A stretch of DNA of 64,000 nucleotides from the human T2T-CHM13v2.0 reference genome, Homo sapiens, in the NCBI RefSeq assembly GCF_009914755.1, contig NC_060930.1; one strand, 5' to 3'. Below, piece after piece: positions 33,150 through 47,366 of the stretch. Position 1 is the stretch's first letter. Each line of letters begins with the position of its first letter. A model generated the notes under the pieces. That model saw only the letters and a program-made list of their open reading frames with translations, had not been told where the DNA came from and did no database searches. Both the position numbers and the translations under genes were made by a program.

Positions 33150-34620
33150 TTAATTCATTCATTTAATAAGGAGTACTTACTGTGTGCCTGGCGTTGATTC
33201 AGGACTAGGCACTTTTTACAGTGTAAAAACAAACTAGTAACAATGAAAAAAATAAGGACTCCAAGGCTGAAAGCGCTATGAGAAGCTTTTTTTTCACTAT
33301 CATATCCCTATTCTTCCTAGCATGTCTTAGAAATCTGTGAAATGAATGAATGAATCAATGATCAACACCTCCACAAGCTGACAGCCTAGGAGTAAAGTCA
33401 GTATATAAATGTATCTCATACAACTTCTAAATTGATGAGTACTATAAGAAAGAGACACAGTTGGGTCAGAAGTTCAATGGGCAAATAATCGTAATAATTT
33501 TAAAAAGAGACACATTAAGTGCTAGAGGAGAATGGAGACATAATTCCATTTTAAGTGCTGGAGTGAGAAGATAGAGTTAGGATGACAGAAACAATAGGTG
33601 TTTCAGTTTTGCAGAAACATGGTGTCTCTCAGTGGGAATAATGTTGGAACAATGCTGGAAAGGCAGGTGATGGCAGATCACAGAAGCCTTGAATGCCTGC
33701 CAAAGAAAAGTAAGTTCAGAAAGAGAAGCCAGTAAGGGGAGTGTAAAACTGATTAGACTGGAAATAGACTGACAACAGAGAGACCAATTAGGGAGCTATT
33801 GGAACAGTCCACGCACAAGTTAAAGGTTACCTGAGCTGGGTAAAGCCAATTTTACAAGGAGTAAAAGTCAAGAAACTGGTGAATTTCTAGCAGAAGCTGA
33901 CAAGTTAGAGCCAGGCCATGCCAAGCAACACACCAAGGTTTCGATGCTTAGTGGCCGGGGAGGTACACATTCTACTCACAGAAATTGGTACCACAAAAAC
34001 AAGAGCATTTTGCAGAGATGAGATGAAGGTTTTGGTTTTAGATGTACTACTTTTAAAGAATGATTGGATATTTGGTGACAAATGAAAACACCTGGAAATG
34101 TCAAACTAAAGCCCAAGAAAGACATCTAAACTAAATGTAAAAACAAAACTTTAGGATCCTCTGCGTATAGTTTCAGAATCAGCATGTGGTTGAAGCCATG
34201 AAATTGAATGAGAGAGAAAAGAAAAGTGCAGATAGAACCTTGAATACTGGCTAAATGTAGGAGGGAGAAAGGAAGTCAGGGAGGGAAGAAAGTGATTCAG
34301 AGCCATGAAATCCAAAGAGGAGAATTTCCAAAGCTTGTGGTGCCAAATGCTGCAGAGAAATGAAAGTATATATGAACTGAGAAAAAGCCATCGGATTTGA
34401 TCACCAGGAAATGATTGGTGACCTTTAAAATGCAATTTCCATAGACTGGTAAGGTCAGTAAACCAACTACTAGGAAGTAAGGGTGGAGAGGATGATAAAT
34501 CAGTGGAAGAGAGAATACAGATGATGCTTTCAAGAACACTGGCCTTTAGGAGAAGGAAAAAAATAGGAGACTGTCTTAGGAAAGAACAGGTCAAAGGTCA
34601 GTTTCTTTAAGACAAGTGTC
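33150..34620 (-). mobile_element. Degraded L2 fragments
   Basis: attcattcatttaataa...ttactgtgtgcctggc; ggaaatgattggtgaccttt...gcaatttcc; purine-rich L2-antisense character. Confidence 0.55.
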
Positions 34621-37600
34621 CCTCAAACTGAAGGAGAGTATTTATCAAATAAGATTGCAGATTCTTAGACAAGGCAGTATGAGGGGGGGGAAAAGTTTAA
34701 AAACAAATAAATAAAAATAAAATAAAAGATTGAAGACACAAGTAGGAAGAGATAATTGGAGGAGCAAGTTTTTCAGAGCAAACAAGAGGAAATGTAATGG
34801 CCTGGAAGACTATCACTTCAGAGAACTAAAGTAGAATTTCTTCTGCTGAGGCAATAGAAAAAATGAAGACAAACTTAATGAAAAGAAATACTGAAGTGAA
34901 AAATGAAAAATTTTGAAGGACTTGACATTTTCCTTAAAACAGGAGGAGCCAATTACAACTTCTACTTCTAGGTAAATGAAGTAGACATATTTTTTTCTAT
35001 TCTTCTTGCTAAGTACAACTACAGAACCTGGGCATTACATATAAAAGAAATGTAAGAAGGCTCTGAAAGATAAAAAGAAGAAAGCAGACCAGCTGGAAAC
35101 CTAAGGACACAAGGAATAATATAGTGTTGAATTCCATAAGTTTTATTTTTGCCTCCTAAATCGTAGATTTGGAGCTAAGCAGTCAACCCAGAAATTCCAA
35201 CAAGCACAGGAAAAACAAACAAACAAAAACCTCAAGAACCAGGAAAGGAAGAACAGCCTAACAAGACAGAAAAACTTGCAGATGGTAGTCATTCTACTCC
35301 AGTGAAACCCTACAGAACACCTGAAGCCCTACCACACCCACACCAGCAAAGGCCAGGTGGAAAGCCTAGACTTCCACTCTCACAAGGGTGTAACAAGTGC
35401 CCAAACATACCTACAAGGATAGTAGGCCTCAGAGAAGGCCAAATAGGGAGCTGGAACATTCATCTCTATCAGGACGTAATGTGAGTGGAGGCCACAGGGA
35501 CAGTAACAAGGCACTGCTATGCTCCCCACCACAGAGCTCTCAGTGGATGCCTAGTGGGGAGCTGAAACACCCAGTCTCAGTCAGCACTAACAAGGACCCT
35601 CTAGATTTCTTCCCCTATATGACAGAAGGAGTCACCCCTACACCTATTGTCACAGAGTGTCAGAAGAAGCCACTCAAAACAGAATGTTGAAATAAGATCC
35701 AGAGTCTCATGACATACTACCAAAAAATGTCAAGGTTTCAACTGAAAATCATGCATCATACCAAGAAATAGGAAGGTCTCAAATTGAATGAAGAAAAGAC
35801 AACCAACAGATCACATCAAGGTGATGGAGGTGTTAGAATTACCTGATGACAATTTTAAAGCAGCCATCATAAAATGCTCTAATAAGCAATAATAAACACA
35901 CTTGGAACAGATGAAGTTGTAGGAAATTTCAGTAAGAAATAGAATACTCAGCGAATACTCAGCAAGCAAATAGAAAATATAAATGAAACCCAAATGGAAG
36001 TTTTAGAACTGAAAAACACAATAACCCAAGTAGAAAACTCATTGCATAGGCTCAATAACAGAATGAGAGAGATAAAGAAAAGAATTGGAGAACCGAAATA
36101 GAACAATGGAAGTTACCCAAACTGAACAGCAACAACAACAACAAAAAATTGGCTGGAAAAAGGAAATGAACAGAGACTAAGAAATCTGTGGGACTATAAC
36201 CAAGAGTTAACATGTATGTTAACTCTCACAACATTTTGTGTTAAGAGAGTCTCAGACAATAAGGAGAAAGAGGGTAGAGTTAAAAATGAAATAATGCCTG
36301 AAAACTTCCCAACTTTCTCAAACAGGATAAACCCAAAGAAATTGACACCAAGACATATCGAAGTCAAATTTCAGAAAACTAAAAACAAATAAAAATGATT
36401 GAAAGCAGCATGAGAGAAAGAGTGCCTTACTTATAGGTGGATAAATAATTCAAAGACAACATATTTCTTATCAGAAATCATGGAGGCCAGAATAAAGTGG
36501 CATGACATTTTACAAGTGCTGAAAGAAAAGAATTGTCTATCAGAGTTCTATAACTATCAAAAATGTCCCTCAGAAATGAAAGGGAAATCAAGAAATTCAC
36601 AGATGAAGAAAAATTAAGATAATTTTTCACCAGCAGATCTACCCTAACAGAATGGCTAGAGGAAGTTCTCTAAGCAGAAAGGAAACCAACAAACAGTGAG
36701 GAAGAAAGAACACAGTAAGTATTAATATGAGTAAATACAATACGCTTTCCTCGCATCTTCAGAATTATGTCTGACAGTTGAGGCAAAAATTATAACACTG
36801 TCTCATATGGTACTAAATGTTTGTAGAGGAAATATATAAGACAATTCTATTGTAAAGAGGAATGCTAAAGAAATATAAAGAGATGCAACTTTCTTGTACT
36901 TTTCTCAAACCAGTAAAATGATAACATCAGCAGGCTACAATAAGTTATACACATAGAATGCAATACTGAGAGAAACCACTAAAAATATATACACAGAGAT
37001 ACATTCAAAATATTATAGGTAAATCCAAATGGAATTCTAAAAAATGTTCAAGTAATGCAGAGGAGGGCAGGGAAAAGGAAACAGAAAAATAAAAAATAGA
37101 ACAAACCAAAAACAAACAAACAAAAAACCCAGCAGACTTAAGCCCTAACATATCAATAATTACATTAAATTTCAGTAGTCTAAATATACCAATTAAAAGA
37201 CAAATATTGGCAGAGTAGATGAAAGACGTGACCCAATTATATGCTTTCTACAAGAAACTCACTTCAAATACAAAAATATAGGCAGTTGAAAATAAAGATG
37301 GAAAATGATATTCCCTGCAAACATTAATCAAAATAAAACAGCAGTGACTGTATTCCTATCAGATAAAGTAAACTTGAAAGCAAAAAAACAATAAAATTAT
37401 CAAAGACAAAAAAAGACCTTCTATAATGATAAAAAGGGTAAATTTACCATGAAGGCATGGCTATGCTAAGTGCATGTGTACCAAACAACAAAGCTACAAT
37501 ATATGTGAAGCAAAAACTTATAAAACTGAAAGGAGAAACAGACAAATCCACAAGTATTGTTTGATAACTCAACATCTTCTTTCAACTGTTCAGAGGGCAA

Positions 37601-38324
37601 TTAAACAAAAAAATTCAACAAGAATATAGGAAACTCAGTAACACTGTCAAACGACAGGATCCAATCAACATTGATAAAATATTGCACCCACGAATAGCAG
37701 AATACACATTCTCTTCAAGTGTCCAGGGAAGGTACATAAAGATAGATCGTATCCTGGGCCATAAAACATACCTCCACAGATTGGAGGAATTGAAGTCATT
37801 CAGCATGCATTCTCTGGACAATGGAATCAAACTGGAAATCAGTAATAGGGAAATCTCAATGCACTTGGAAATGAAACATCATACTTCTGTGGTCAAAAGG
37901 AATGTCTTGAGTCAAAAGGAATGTCTTGAGAACATTAAGAAAATTTAAAAATACATTAAACTGAATGAAAATGAAATAAAGTATATCAAAATGTGTGGAA
38001 CACAGCTAAAGCAGTGCTGAGAAGTAAATTTACATCACTAAATACATACATTGAAACAGTGAAAGCCTCAAGTGAATTTTCTAAGCTCCCACCCCAAGAA
38101 CCTTGAAAAAGATAAAAAATAAACCCAAAGCAGGAAAGAAACAATAGAGCATAAATCAGTAAAATTGAAACCAGAAAAATTTTTAAAAATTAATTTAAAA
38201 AGAGAGAGGATTCTTTGAAAAGGTTGATAAAGTTGACAAAATTCTAGAAAGACTGATAAAGAATAGAAGAAAGTAGACACAAATTACTAGTATGAGGAAT
38301 GAAATAGGGGCTATCACTATAGAC

Positions 38325-38806
38325 TGAGAAAGCCTCTCTTCCTTGACCTAACTAACTATAGTCAGGCTCCTATGAACTCTCTTCTTGACTAGGCCCTAAT
38401 ATTGGGGCTTCTGTGCTCATCCGTGTTTAGTCCAGTTTTAGCAAGAATCCAGCTGGGTCAGTTTAGGGAAAATCCCCCACCCATAATAGCTGATCAAATT
38501 CCTTATCCCCTACCCATAATAATATCTTATCACTCTGGCATGCCTTCGGCAATAATTCTGTCAAGTCAGTTTAGCCAGAATCCTCCTTAACCCTGATGAT
38601 TCCTCCTAGTAATTTTCCATCTACTGACCTCCCCCCTCCACTCCTCACCCTGCTCCCAGGGCTATAAATCTCCACTTGTCCTGTCGTATTCAGAATTGAG
38701 CCTGATCTCTGTCTCCTATTACAAAACTCCATTGTAGTAGCCCCCTTTGAATAATCTGCCTTATCATTCTTTAACAAATGTCAAGAATAATTTTTTGTCT
38801 TTGACA
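38325..38806 (+). mobile_element. ERV1 solo LTR (MER31-like)
   Basis: TG...CA ends; ccttgacc...tagtcaggctcc...gactaggccc; internal ggctataaat. Confidence 0.75.
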
Positions 38807-39641
38807 GAATCCTACAAATATCAAAAGTATAAGAAGGGTATACTACCAACAACTTTAACACATACATCTGAAGACTTAGGTGAAATGAACTAATTCTTTA
38901 AAAGTATAAAGTACCACAACTCATTCAACATGAAACAAATAATTTGAATAGTTTTAAAACTATTAAGAAAATGGAATTTGTGATTTAAACGTTCCCAAAA
39001 TAAAAACCTCCAGGCTCAAACAACTTTGTGGGTGAATTTTGCCAGACATTTAAAGGTGAATTAAAACAAATTCTGCAAAACATTTACAAAAAAATAGAAT
39101 AAGAGGGAATTCATTCCAATTCATTTTATGAAGCTGATATTACCCTGATGCCAAAACCAAAGACTATTATGAAAAAAAGCAAACCACAGACTGATAGCCC
39201 TCATGAATATAGACACAAAATTCCTTAACAAAATGTTTGCAAATAGAATTCAGCAATATGAAAAGAAAGTATATACCATGACCAAGTGAGATTCTTTCCA
39301 GAGATGCAAAGCTGGATCAATATTTGAAAATCAATCAAACAAGCTAAAGAAAAAAAAAGAAGAAGAAAAATTACATGATTATATTTTTAATGCAGAAAAC
39401 ATCTATGACAAAATAAACACCAATTCTTGATTAAAACACTCAGACAAATAGGAATAGAGTAGGACCTCTTCAAATTCATAAAGAACATTTATAACAGTAA
39501 CTACAGCTAATATTCAATAATGAAAGACAATGCTTTCCTCCTAAGAGCTGAAACAAGGCAAGGATGTCCACTTTCATCTTTCTTATTCACCATAATGTTA
39601 GAAGTTCTAGCCAGTGCAATAAGGTAAGAAAAGGAAATAAA

Positions 39642-39644
<3 letters not shown>

Positions 39645-39688
<44 letters not shown>
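39645..39688. repeat. (TA)n microsatellite
   Basis: About 22 TA units. Confidence 0.97.
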
Positions 39689-39690
<2 letters not shown>

Positions 39691-39785
39691 AAAGGAAGAA
39701 ATTAAACTACAAAACAAAACTAGCAGAAAACTTAATTGTCTACATAGAAAATCCTAAGAAATGTACAAATGTATCATAGAAATAG

Positions 39786-39875
39786 GCTGAGTATGGTAGA
39801 AGGTGGAGGTGAGAGGATCACTTGAGCCTAGGAGTTCAAGACCAGCCTGGGTAAAAGAACAAGACCCCATCTCTA

Positions 39876-39909
<34 letters not shown>

Positions 39910-40070
39910 AGCCAAGCATGATGGCATAGCTTATAGTCTCAGCTACTTGGGAGGCTGATGCAGGAGGATTGCTTAAGCCCAGGAGTTCAAGGCTGCAGTG
40001 AGCCGTGATTGCACCACTGCACTTCAGGCTGGGTAACAGAGTGAGACTTTGTCTCAAACAAACAAAAAAC
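39786..40070 (+). mobile_element. Alu (J-like) with long middle poly-A
   Basis: Dimer; TSD tcatagaa. Confidence 0.92.
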
Positions 40071-40392
40071 TCATAGAACTAATAAATGAGTCAGATAGGT
40101 CCAGAAAATAAGATAAACATATAAAATCAATCATATTTCTACATACTAGCAATGAACAGGTGGACACTGAAATTAAAAATACAAGACCATTTACAATTGC
40201 TCTAAAAAAATAAAATAAAAATACTTATGTGTATGTCCAACACATGTATGGGATTTTGTATGCTGAAAACCACGAAACACTGATTTAAGAAATCAAAGAT
40301 GTTATAAATAAAGGAAGAGACATATGCTCTTCACAGATTGGAAGTCTCAGCATAATAAAGATGTCAGTTCTCCCCAAATTGATATGAGTTTA

Positions 40393-41243
40393 TGTTACTT
40401 TCCTAAGGCTGCTGAAACAAGTTTCTACAAATTGAGTATTTTAAAACAAGAGAATTTTTTTCTCTCACAGTTCTGGAAGCCAGGAGTTTGAAATAAAGGG
40501 ATCAGCAGGACTGCTTCCTTCTGAGGTCTCTGAGGGACAAATCTGTTCCTGGCCTCTCTCCCAGCTTCTGGTGGCTGCCAGAAATCCTTGGTCTTCCTTG
40601 GCTTGTGGCAGCAAAACTCCAGTCTCTGCCTTCATCCTCACATGGCCTTCTTCCCTATGTGTCTTGCTTATAAGGACACCTGTCACTGGATACAGTGCCC
40701 ACCCTAATCCAATATGACCTCATTTTAGGTTAAATAATTACATTTACAAAGATGCCATATTAGTCTGTTCTTGCATTGCTATAAAGAACTACCTGATCCT
40801 GGGTAATTTATATTTTTTTTAAAAAGAAAGAGGCTTATTTGGCTCCTGGTTCTGCAGGTTGTGCAGGAAGCATGGCTGGGGAGGCTTCAGGAAACTTACA
40901 ATCATGGCAGAAGGCAAAAGGGAAGCAGGCATGTTTTACGTGGCTGGAGCAAGAGGAAGAGAGTTAAGGTGATGGTGCTATACACTTTTAAACAGCCAGA
41001 TCCTGTTAGAACTCTATCATAACAACAGCGCCAGGAGGATGATGTTAAACCAATAGAAACCACCCCACAACTGAATCACCTCCCACCAGGCCCCACCTCC
41101 AACTTTGGGGATTACAGTTCAATATGAGATCTGGGTGGGGACACAGAGCCAAACCATATCAAATATGGTTTGTTTCCAAATAAGTTCATATTCTGATGTT
41201 CTGAGTGGACATGAATTTCAGGAAGATGATATTCAACCCACCA
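40393..41243 (-). mobile_element. MLT1C-like LTR split by an MST LTR
   Basis: ctcacagttctggaagcc...ccagcttctggtggctgcc...ccacccta atccaatatgacctc; resumes ttccaaataag...attcaacccac. Confidence 0.8.
40756..41161 (-). mobile_element. MST LTR
   Basis: attagtctgttcttgcattgctataaag...gggacacagagccaaaccatatca. Confidence 0.88.
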
Positions 41244-41370
41244 AAAAGTTTAACACAATTCCCATCAAAAATCCCAGCAAGATTTTTGGTAAATATAGAC
41301 AAGAGTACAACAAAATTTATATAGAAAGGCAAAGGATCTAGAATAGTTTAAGTAATTTTGAAAAAGAACA

Positions 41371-41784
<414 letters not shown>

Positions 41785-42156
41785 TCAATGGAACAGATCA
41801 GAGAACCCAGAAATTGATCCACACAAATATGTCCAGGTGATTTGGGGCAAGGGTGCAAAAGCATCTCCATGGAGGAAAGATCACTTTTTCAACAAATACT
41901 GCAGGAGCATGTGGCTAACCGTAGGGATAAATACGACCTCAACCTAACCCTCACATCTTATACCAAAATTAACTTGAAAAGATCATGGGCTCACACTATA
42001 AAAGTTTTAGAGAATATCTTCAGGAGCTCAGGTTATGCAAAGAATTCTTAGGCTTGACACCAAAAGCACAACCCATAAAAGGAAAAAAAATAAATTGGAC
42101 TTTATCAATATTTAAACTTTTGCTCTGTGAAAGGTTCTGTTGAAAGGATGGAAAGT

Positions 42157-42462
42157 GGCCAGGTGCAGTGACTCACACCTGTAATCCCAGCACTATGGGA
42201 GGCCGAGGCAGGTGGATCATGAGGTCAGGAGATCGAGACCATCCTGGCTAACATGGTGAAACCCCGTCTCTATTAAAAATACAAAAAAAAAAATTAGCCG
42301 GGCGTGGTGGCGGGCGCCTGTAGTCTCAGCTACTTAGGAGGCTGAGGCAGGAGAATGGCATGAACCCAGGAGGCGGAGCTTGCAGTGAGCCAAGATCCTG
42401 CCACTGCACTCCAGCCTGGGTAACTAAGCGAGACTCCATCTCAAAAAAGAAAGAAAAAAATA
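42157..42462 (+). mobile_element. AluY-like
   Basis: atcctggctaac...gcggagcttgcagt; TSD aaaggatggaa. Confidence 0.95.
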
Positions 42463-42670
42463 ACAAAGGATGGAAGGATGGAAAAACATTTACAGCCTGG
42501 GAGAAATACTACAAAATAATATCACAAACCACATATCCAACAGAAGCTTAGAATTTAGAATAATAAAGAACTCTCAGAACTCAACACTTAAAAACAAAAA
42601 CTGAGCAATCAGGTTAGAAAATGAGCAAAAGATATGCAGAGACATTTCAGAGAAGAGAATATACAGATGG

Positions 42671-43025
42671 TGTATTAGTCTGTTTGCAGGCTGCTGATAA
42701 AGACATACCTCAGACTGGGAAGAAAAAGAGGTTTAATTGGACTTACAGTTCCACATGGCTGGGGAGACCTCAGAATCATGGTGGGAGATGAAAGGCACTT
42801 CTTACCTGGTGGCAGCAAGAGAAAAATGAGGAGGAAGCAAAAGCGGAAACCCCTGATAAACCCATCAGATCTCGTGAGACTTATTCACTATCACAAGAAT
42901 AGCACGGGAAAGACCAGCCCCCATGATTCAAGTACCTCCACCTGGGTCCCTCCCACAACACATGGGAATTCTGGGAGATACAATTCAAGTTGAGATTTAG
43001 GTGGGGACACAGCCAAACCATATCA
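42671..43025 (-). mobile_element. THE1 solo LTR (THE1A-like)
   Basis: tgtattagtc...aaaccatatca with 5-bp TSD gatgg. Confidence 0.93.
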
Positions 43026-43566
43026 GATGGCAAATAAGCACATGAAAAGATGTTCACCATCATTAGTGATTAGGAAAATGCAACTTAAAACCATAATGAG
43101 ATATCATTACACACCTATTAAAATGGCTAAGACAAAAAATAGTGACAACACCAAATGCTGGTGAGGTTGCAGAGACACTGGATTATTCATGCATCGCTGT
43201 GGGAATGTAAAATAGTACAGTCCCTCTGGAAAGCCGCTTGGCAGTTTCTTTAAATATGCAAATACCACACGATCGAACTCTGGGCATTTATTCTGGAGGA
43301 AAATAAAAGGAAAAAGCTTTAGACAAATGTTTAGAGCAGCTTTATTTATAATAGCTAAAAACTGGAAACAATCCAGATGTCCTTGAACAGATTAATGATT
43401 CAACAGACTGTAGCCAATCCATATCATGGAATACTATTCATATATGTATACTCACATATATGTCAATATAAGTATGTGTGTTGCTACATGCAAAACCACT
43501 GAAGGATTACGCTGAGTGAAAGATAAAAAAAAACAGTGCTAAAAGGTTACATACTGTATGATCTGA

Positions 43567-43867
<301 letters not shown>

Positions 43868-44569
43868 CTGTATGATCTGATTTATTATAATTTTGTCAAA
43901 ATTATGCAAGTAAAGAACAGTTTAGTGCATGCCAGAGGTTAGAAGAGAGAGGGAAAGGACGGAAGTGTGTCTGGCTATAACAGAGCAGCAGGAGGGGCCT
44001 TTTTGATGACAGAAATGTTCTCTATCTTGACTATATCAGTGTCAATATTCTGATTGTGATACTGTACTATAGTTTTGCAAGATGTTGCCGCTGGAGGAAA
44101 CTGAATAAAGGGTGCATGGGATCTCTGCATTGTTTTTTACAACTGCATGTGAATCTACAGGTATCCTAAAATAAGAAGTTCAATTTAAAAACATAATAAC
44201 TGTGGCTGCTACATAATAATTGGTATATATGAGTATTAAGTAAAATGAATTAAGCTAAAAAATGAAATAGGAGAAGGCACTGGCAGGAAGTAGAGATGAA
44301 AAGTCTTTGAAAAGGTGTTATATTTCTACTTGATGGGAAGTTAGATAGATTATTTAGAATTGATTCTCCCTCCATTTCAAGTATCATAGAAATGCATCAA
44401 AATATTGAAGTGCACAAACACACATATACACAAACATCCTTATGTCCCAAGAACAAAGCAGAGTGTCAAAAGGAACTAAAACAAAAAGCAAAAAAAAAAT
44501 GCAGGGAGAAGAATAAATATATACATTTCAGGGATGTGGTAGTAATAATCATGGTAGTAGAATCGACCA

Positions 44570-44750
44570 TTTACTGAACACTTACAATAGCCAGCAGTGA
44601 AGTGCTTGCCATTCGTTGTCTCACTGCATCGTTTCCAGGTACATTTTGTCAATATTCCAATTTTATAGACGAAGAACTTGAAGCCTGGAGAAGTTAAAAT
44701 CACTCAGCTGAGAAATGGCCAAGCAAGAGAACAAACCCTGATTTGAGAGT
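44570..44750 (-). mobile_element. MIR SINE
   Basis: catttactgaacacttac...attttatagacgaagaacttgaagcctggagaagttaa. Confidence 0.7.
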
Positions 44751-44752
44751 TG

Positions 44753-44826
44753 GCCGGGCAGGGTGGCTCACGCCTGTAATCCCAGTACTTTGGGAGGCTG
44801 AGGCGGGTGGATCATGAGGTCAGGAG
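44753..44826 (+). mobile_element. Alu 5' fragment
   Basis: ggccgggcagggtggctcacgcc...gaggtcaggag, then similarity ends. Confidence 0.9.
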
Positions 44827-44849
44827 AGCTGATGGTCCCCCTGCTGTCT

Positions 44850-45676
44850 TGTCAAAAGAAGACATACACGTGGCCAACAATCATATGAAAAAAGCTCAAC
44901 ATCATTGATCATTAGAGAAATACAAATCAAAACCACAATGAGATACCATCTCACACGAGTCAGATTGGCAATTACTAAAATGTCAAAAAAATAACACATG
45001 CTGGTGAGGCTGTGGAGAAAGAGAACACTTAGATACTGTTGTGAGAGTGTAAATTTGTTCAACCATTGTGGAAGAGAGTGTGGCAATGCCTCAAAGACCT
45101 AGAGGCAGAAATACCATTAGACCCAGCAATTTCTTTACTGGGTATATACCCAAAGAAATATAAATCATTCTATTATAAAGACACATGCATGCGTATGTTC
45201 ATTGCAGCACTATTCACAGTAGCAAAGACATGGAATCAACTGAAAAGCCCATCAGTGTCAGACTGGATAAAGAAAATGTGGTACATATACACCATAGAAT
45301 GCTATGCAGCCATAAAAAAGAACCAGATCATGTCCTTTGCAGGGACATGGATGGAGTTGGAGGCATTATCCTTAGCAAACTAATGCAGGAACAAAAAACC
45401 AAATACCACATGTTCTCACTTATTAGTGGGAGCTAAGTGATGAGAACACATGGACACATAGAGGGAAACAATGCACACTGGGGCCACTTGAAGGGTAGAG
45501 GGTGAGAGAAGGGAGAGGATCAGGAAAAATAAGTAATGGATACTAGGCTTAATACCTGGATGATGAAATAATCCATACAACAAATCCCCATGATGCACAT
45601 TTACCTATGTAACAAACCTGCACATCCTGCACATGTACCCATGAACTTTAAATAAAAGTTAAAAAATAAAAATAAA
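44850..45676 (+). mobile_element. L1PA/L1PB 3' end
   Basis: ORF2 C-terminus (DPAISLLGIYPK...WIKKMWYIYT) plus 3' UTR and A tail. Confidence 0.93.
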
Positions 45677-46121
45677 TCAGCAATCTCCTAAGAAGAGAAA
45701 AAAAAAAAAAAGAAAAAGAAAATGACCTTGTCAGACCTTTGGCCACGAGGTCCTCTGACCCATGAAACCAAGAGACAGGAGAATAACTCAGAGAACCCAA
45801 GCCTGGACTCAAGAAGATCCACCTTCCTTCAGAGATTTAAATATTTAGCATCCTCGGGAGACTGGAAAAACTCAGGCCCAAACAACCTTGGTTTCCATTG
45901 TTTTCCTCAAATGGTTTCCAAAATCCATTTGAAGTCTGCTGCTATTTCTATAAGGATGGGACCAAAATGAGAACATCCTTAAAGTGTTAATTTGTTAGGC
46001 TTTGTCATGACTGTTAGTGATGGTAATTATTTAAATGATACTGGTTAATTTTTTTATTGTTTCACATAATTTGATTTATTTGCTATTTATTGGTTCACTT
46101 ATATAATGAGTAGGGTTAGAT

Positions 46122-47045
46122 TAATAGAGTTTAGAATGTAAATTCATTTCCACTAATGTTTATGAGCTACATTTGTAGATGTGGTTTAAATAAATACACA
46201 ACCAGGAATCAGGATTACAGTATATTTTCAGAGTAATAAAGTCAAAATTCAAATATGTTGCAGAAATAAATAAGATATGCAGATTCACAAAGAAAACCGC
46301 CTACCAGAGATGGGAGGCATAGCCAAATTCCATCTCACAGTAAATAGATCTCATTTTCTTCCTGACCCACCCAAAATGAAAATTGTAAAATAAGAAGCCC
46401 AGGGTCACAGGTACTTCGGTATGCTATGTCACTGAGAAAGGCTTCCACACTGTCCTACTTGGCCCTGATGTTTGGGGTATGCTGGCAGTCAGAGGGCTTC
46501 TGACAAAAGCACTTCGGGGCAGCTTCTCTGCTGGTCCTGCCGTCTCATGCCCTGCCGCATCTAGCTGCAGTTCCTATGGAATACCACGCACCAGGGTGAA
46601 TGAAGGAGACCAGGGAGCTGCTGGAGCTTCCCTGCAAAATCCTTTGCATGCTCAGCACTGCACACGCTCCTCAGCTGATTGTAGGTAAGAAAATGACCAG
46701 AAATAAGTTGCTCCCTGACTTGGGATGGATGAACCCCTCCCAAGCACAAGGGTATTGCTGAGTACACCAGGAGACTCCACTGGCTAAGAGAGTGGTCTTC
46801 GTGCCCTGGAAATACCGATTTATCTTATGTGGAAGAACAACAGAAATATCCCTTTACTTGTTGATGTACCTTCAAAATGGTTTAAAAAAAAAGTAATAAA
46901 TATATATAAATAGATTTTTGAATACAAATTTATGTTCACTAATGTTTATGAGCTACATTTGTAGATGTGGTTAAAATAAGTACAAAGCCAAAAATCAAAA
47001 TTACAGTATATTTTTGGAGTAATAAAGGGAGAAGTCAAATATGTT
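46122..47045 (+). repeat. Dispersed direct repeat pair (46122-46259; 46909-47045)
   Basis: Identical 36-mer cactaatgtttatgagctacatttgtagatgtggtt plus alignable flanks. Confidence 0.9.
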
Positions 47046-47046
47046 T

Positions 47047-47112
47047 TATATATGTCTATGTATATATATGTGTGTGTATATACGTGTGTATATATATAAA
47101 TATATACACAAA

Positions 47113-47172
<60 letters not shown>

Positions 47173-47178
47173 TTTTTT
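47047..47178. repeat. (TA)/(TG) microsatellite plus poly-T
   Basis: Direct reading. Confidence 0.95.
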
Positions 47179-47366
47179 ACTGACCACAGAAGCAGGCCAA
47201 AACAGTGATGAAACAGCTTAATGGCCTGAATGAGCCAGCCCAGTCCTTAATAAGTGCAGATTTACAAACCAGTCAGCCTTCTATAAAGGAACTATGTTGG
47301 TTAGAGGGGCAGGTTGAAGACCAGAAAGTTTCAATAGCCTGCCTAACTTTTCCAGATATTAATGAC

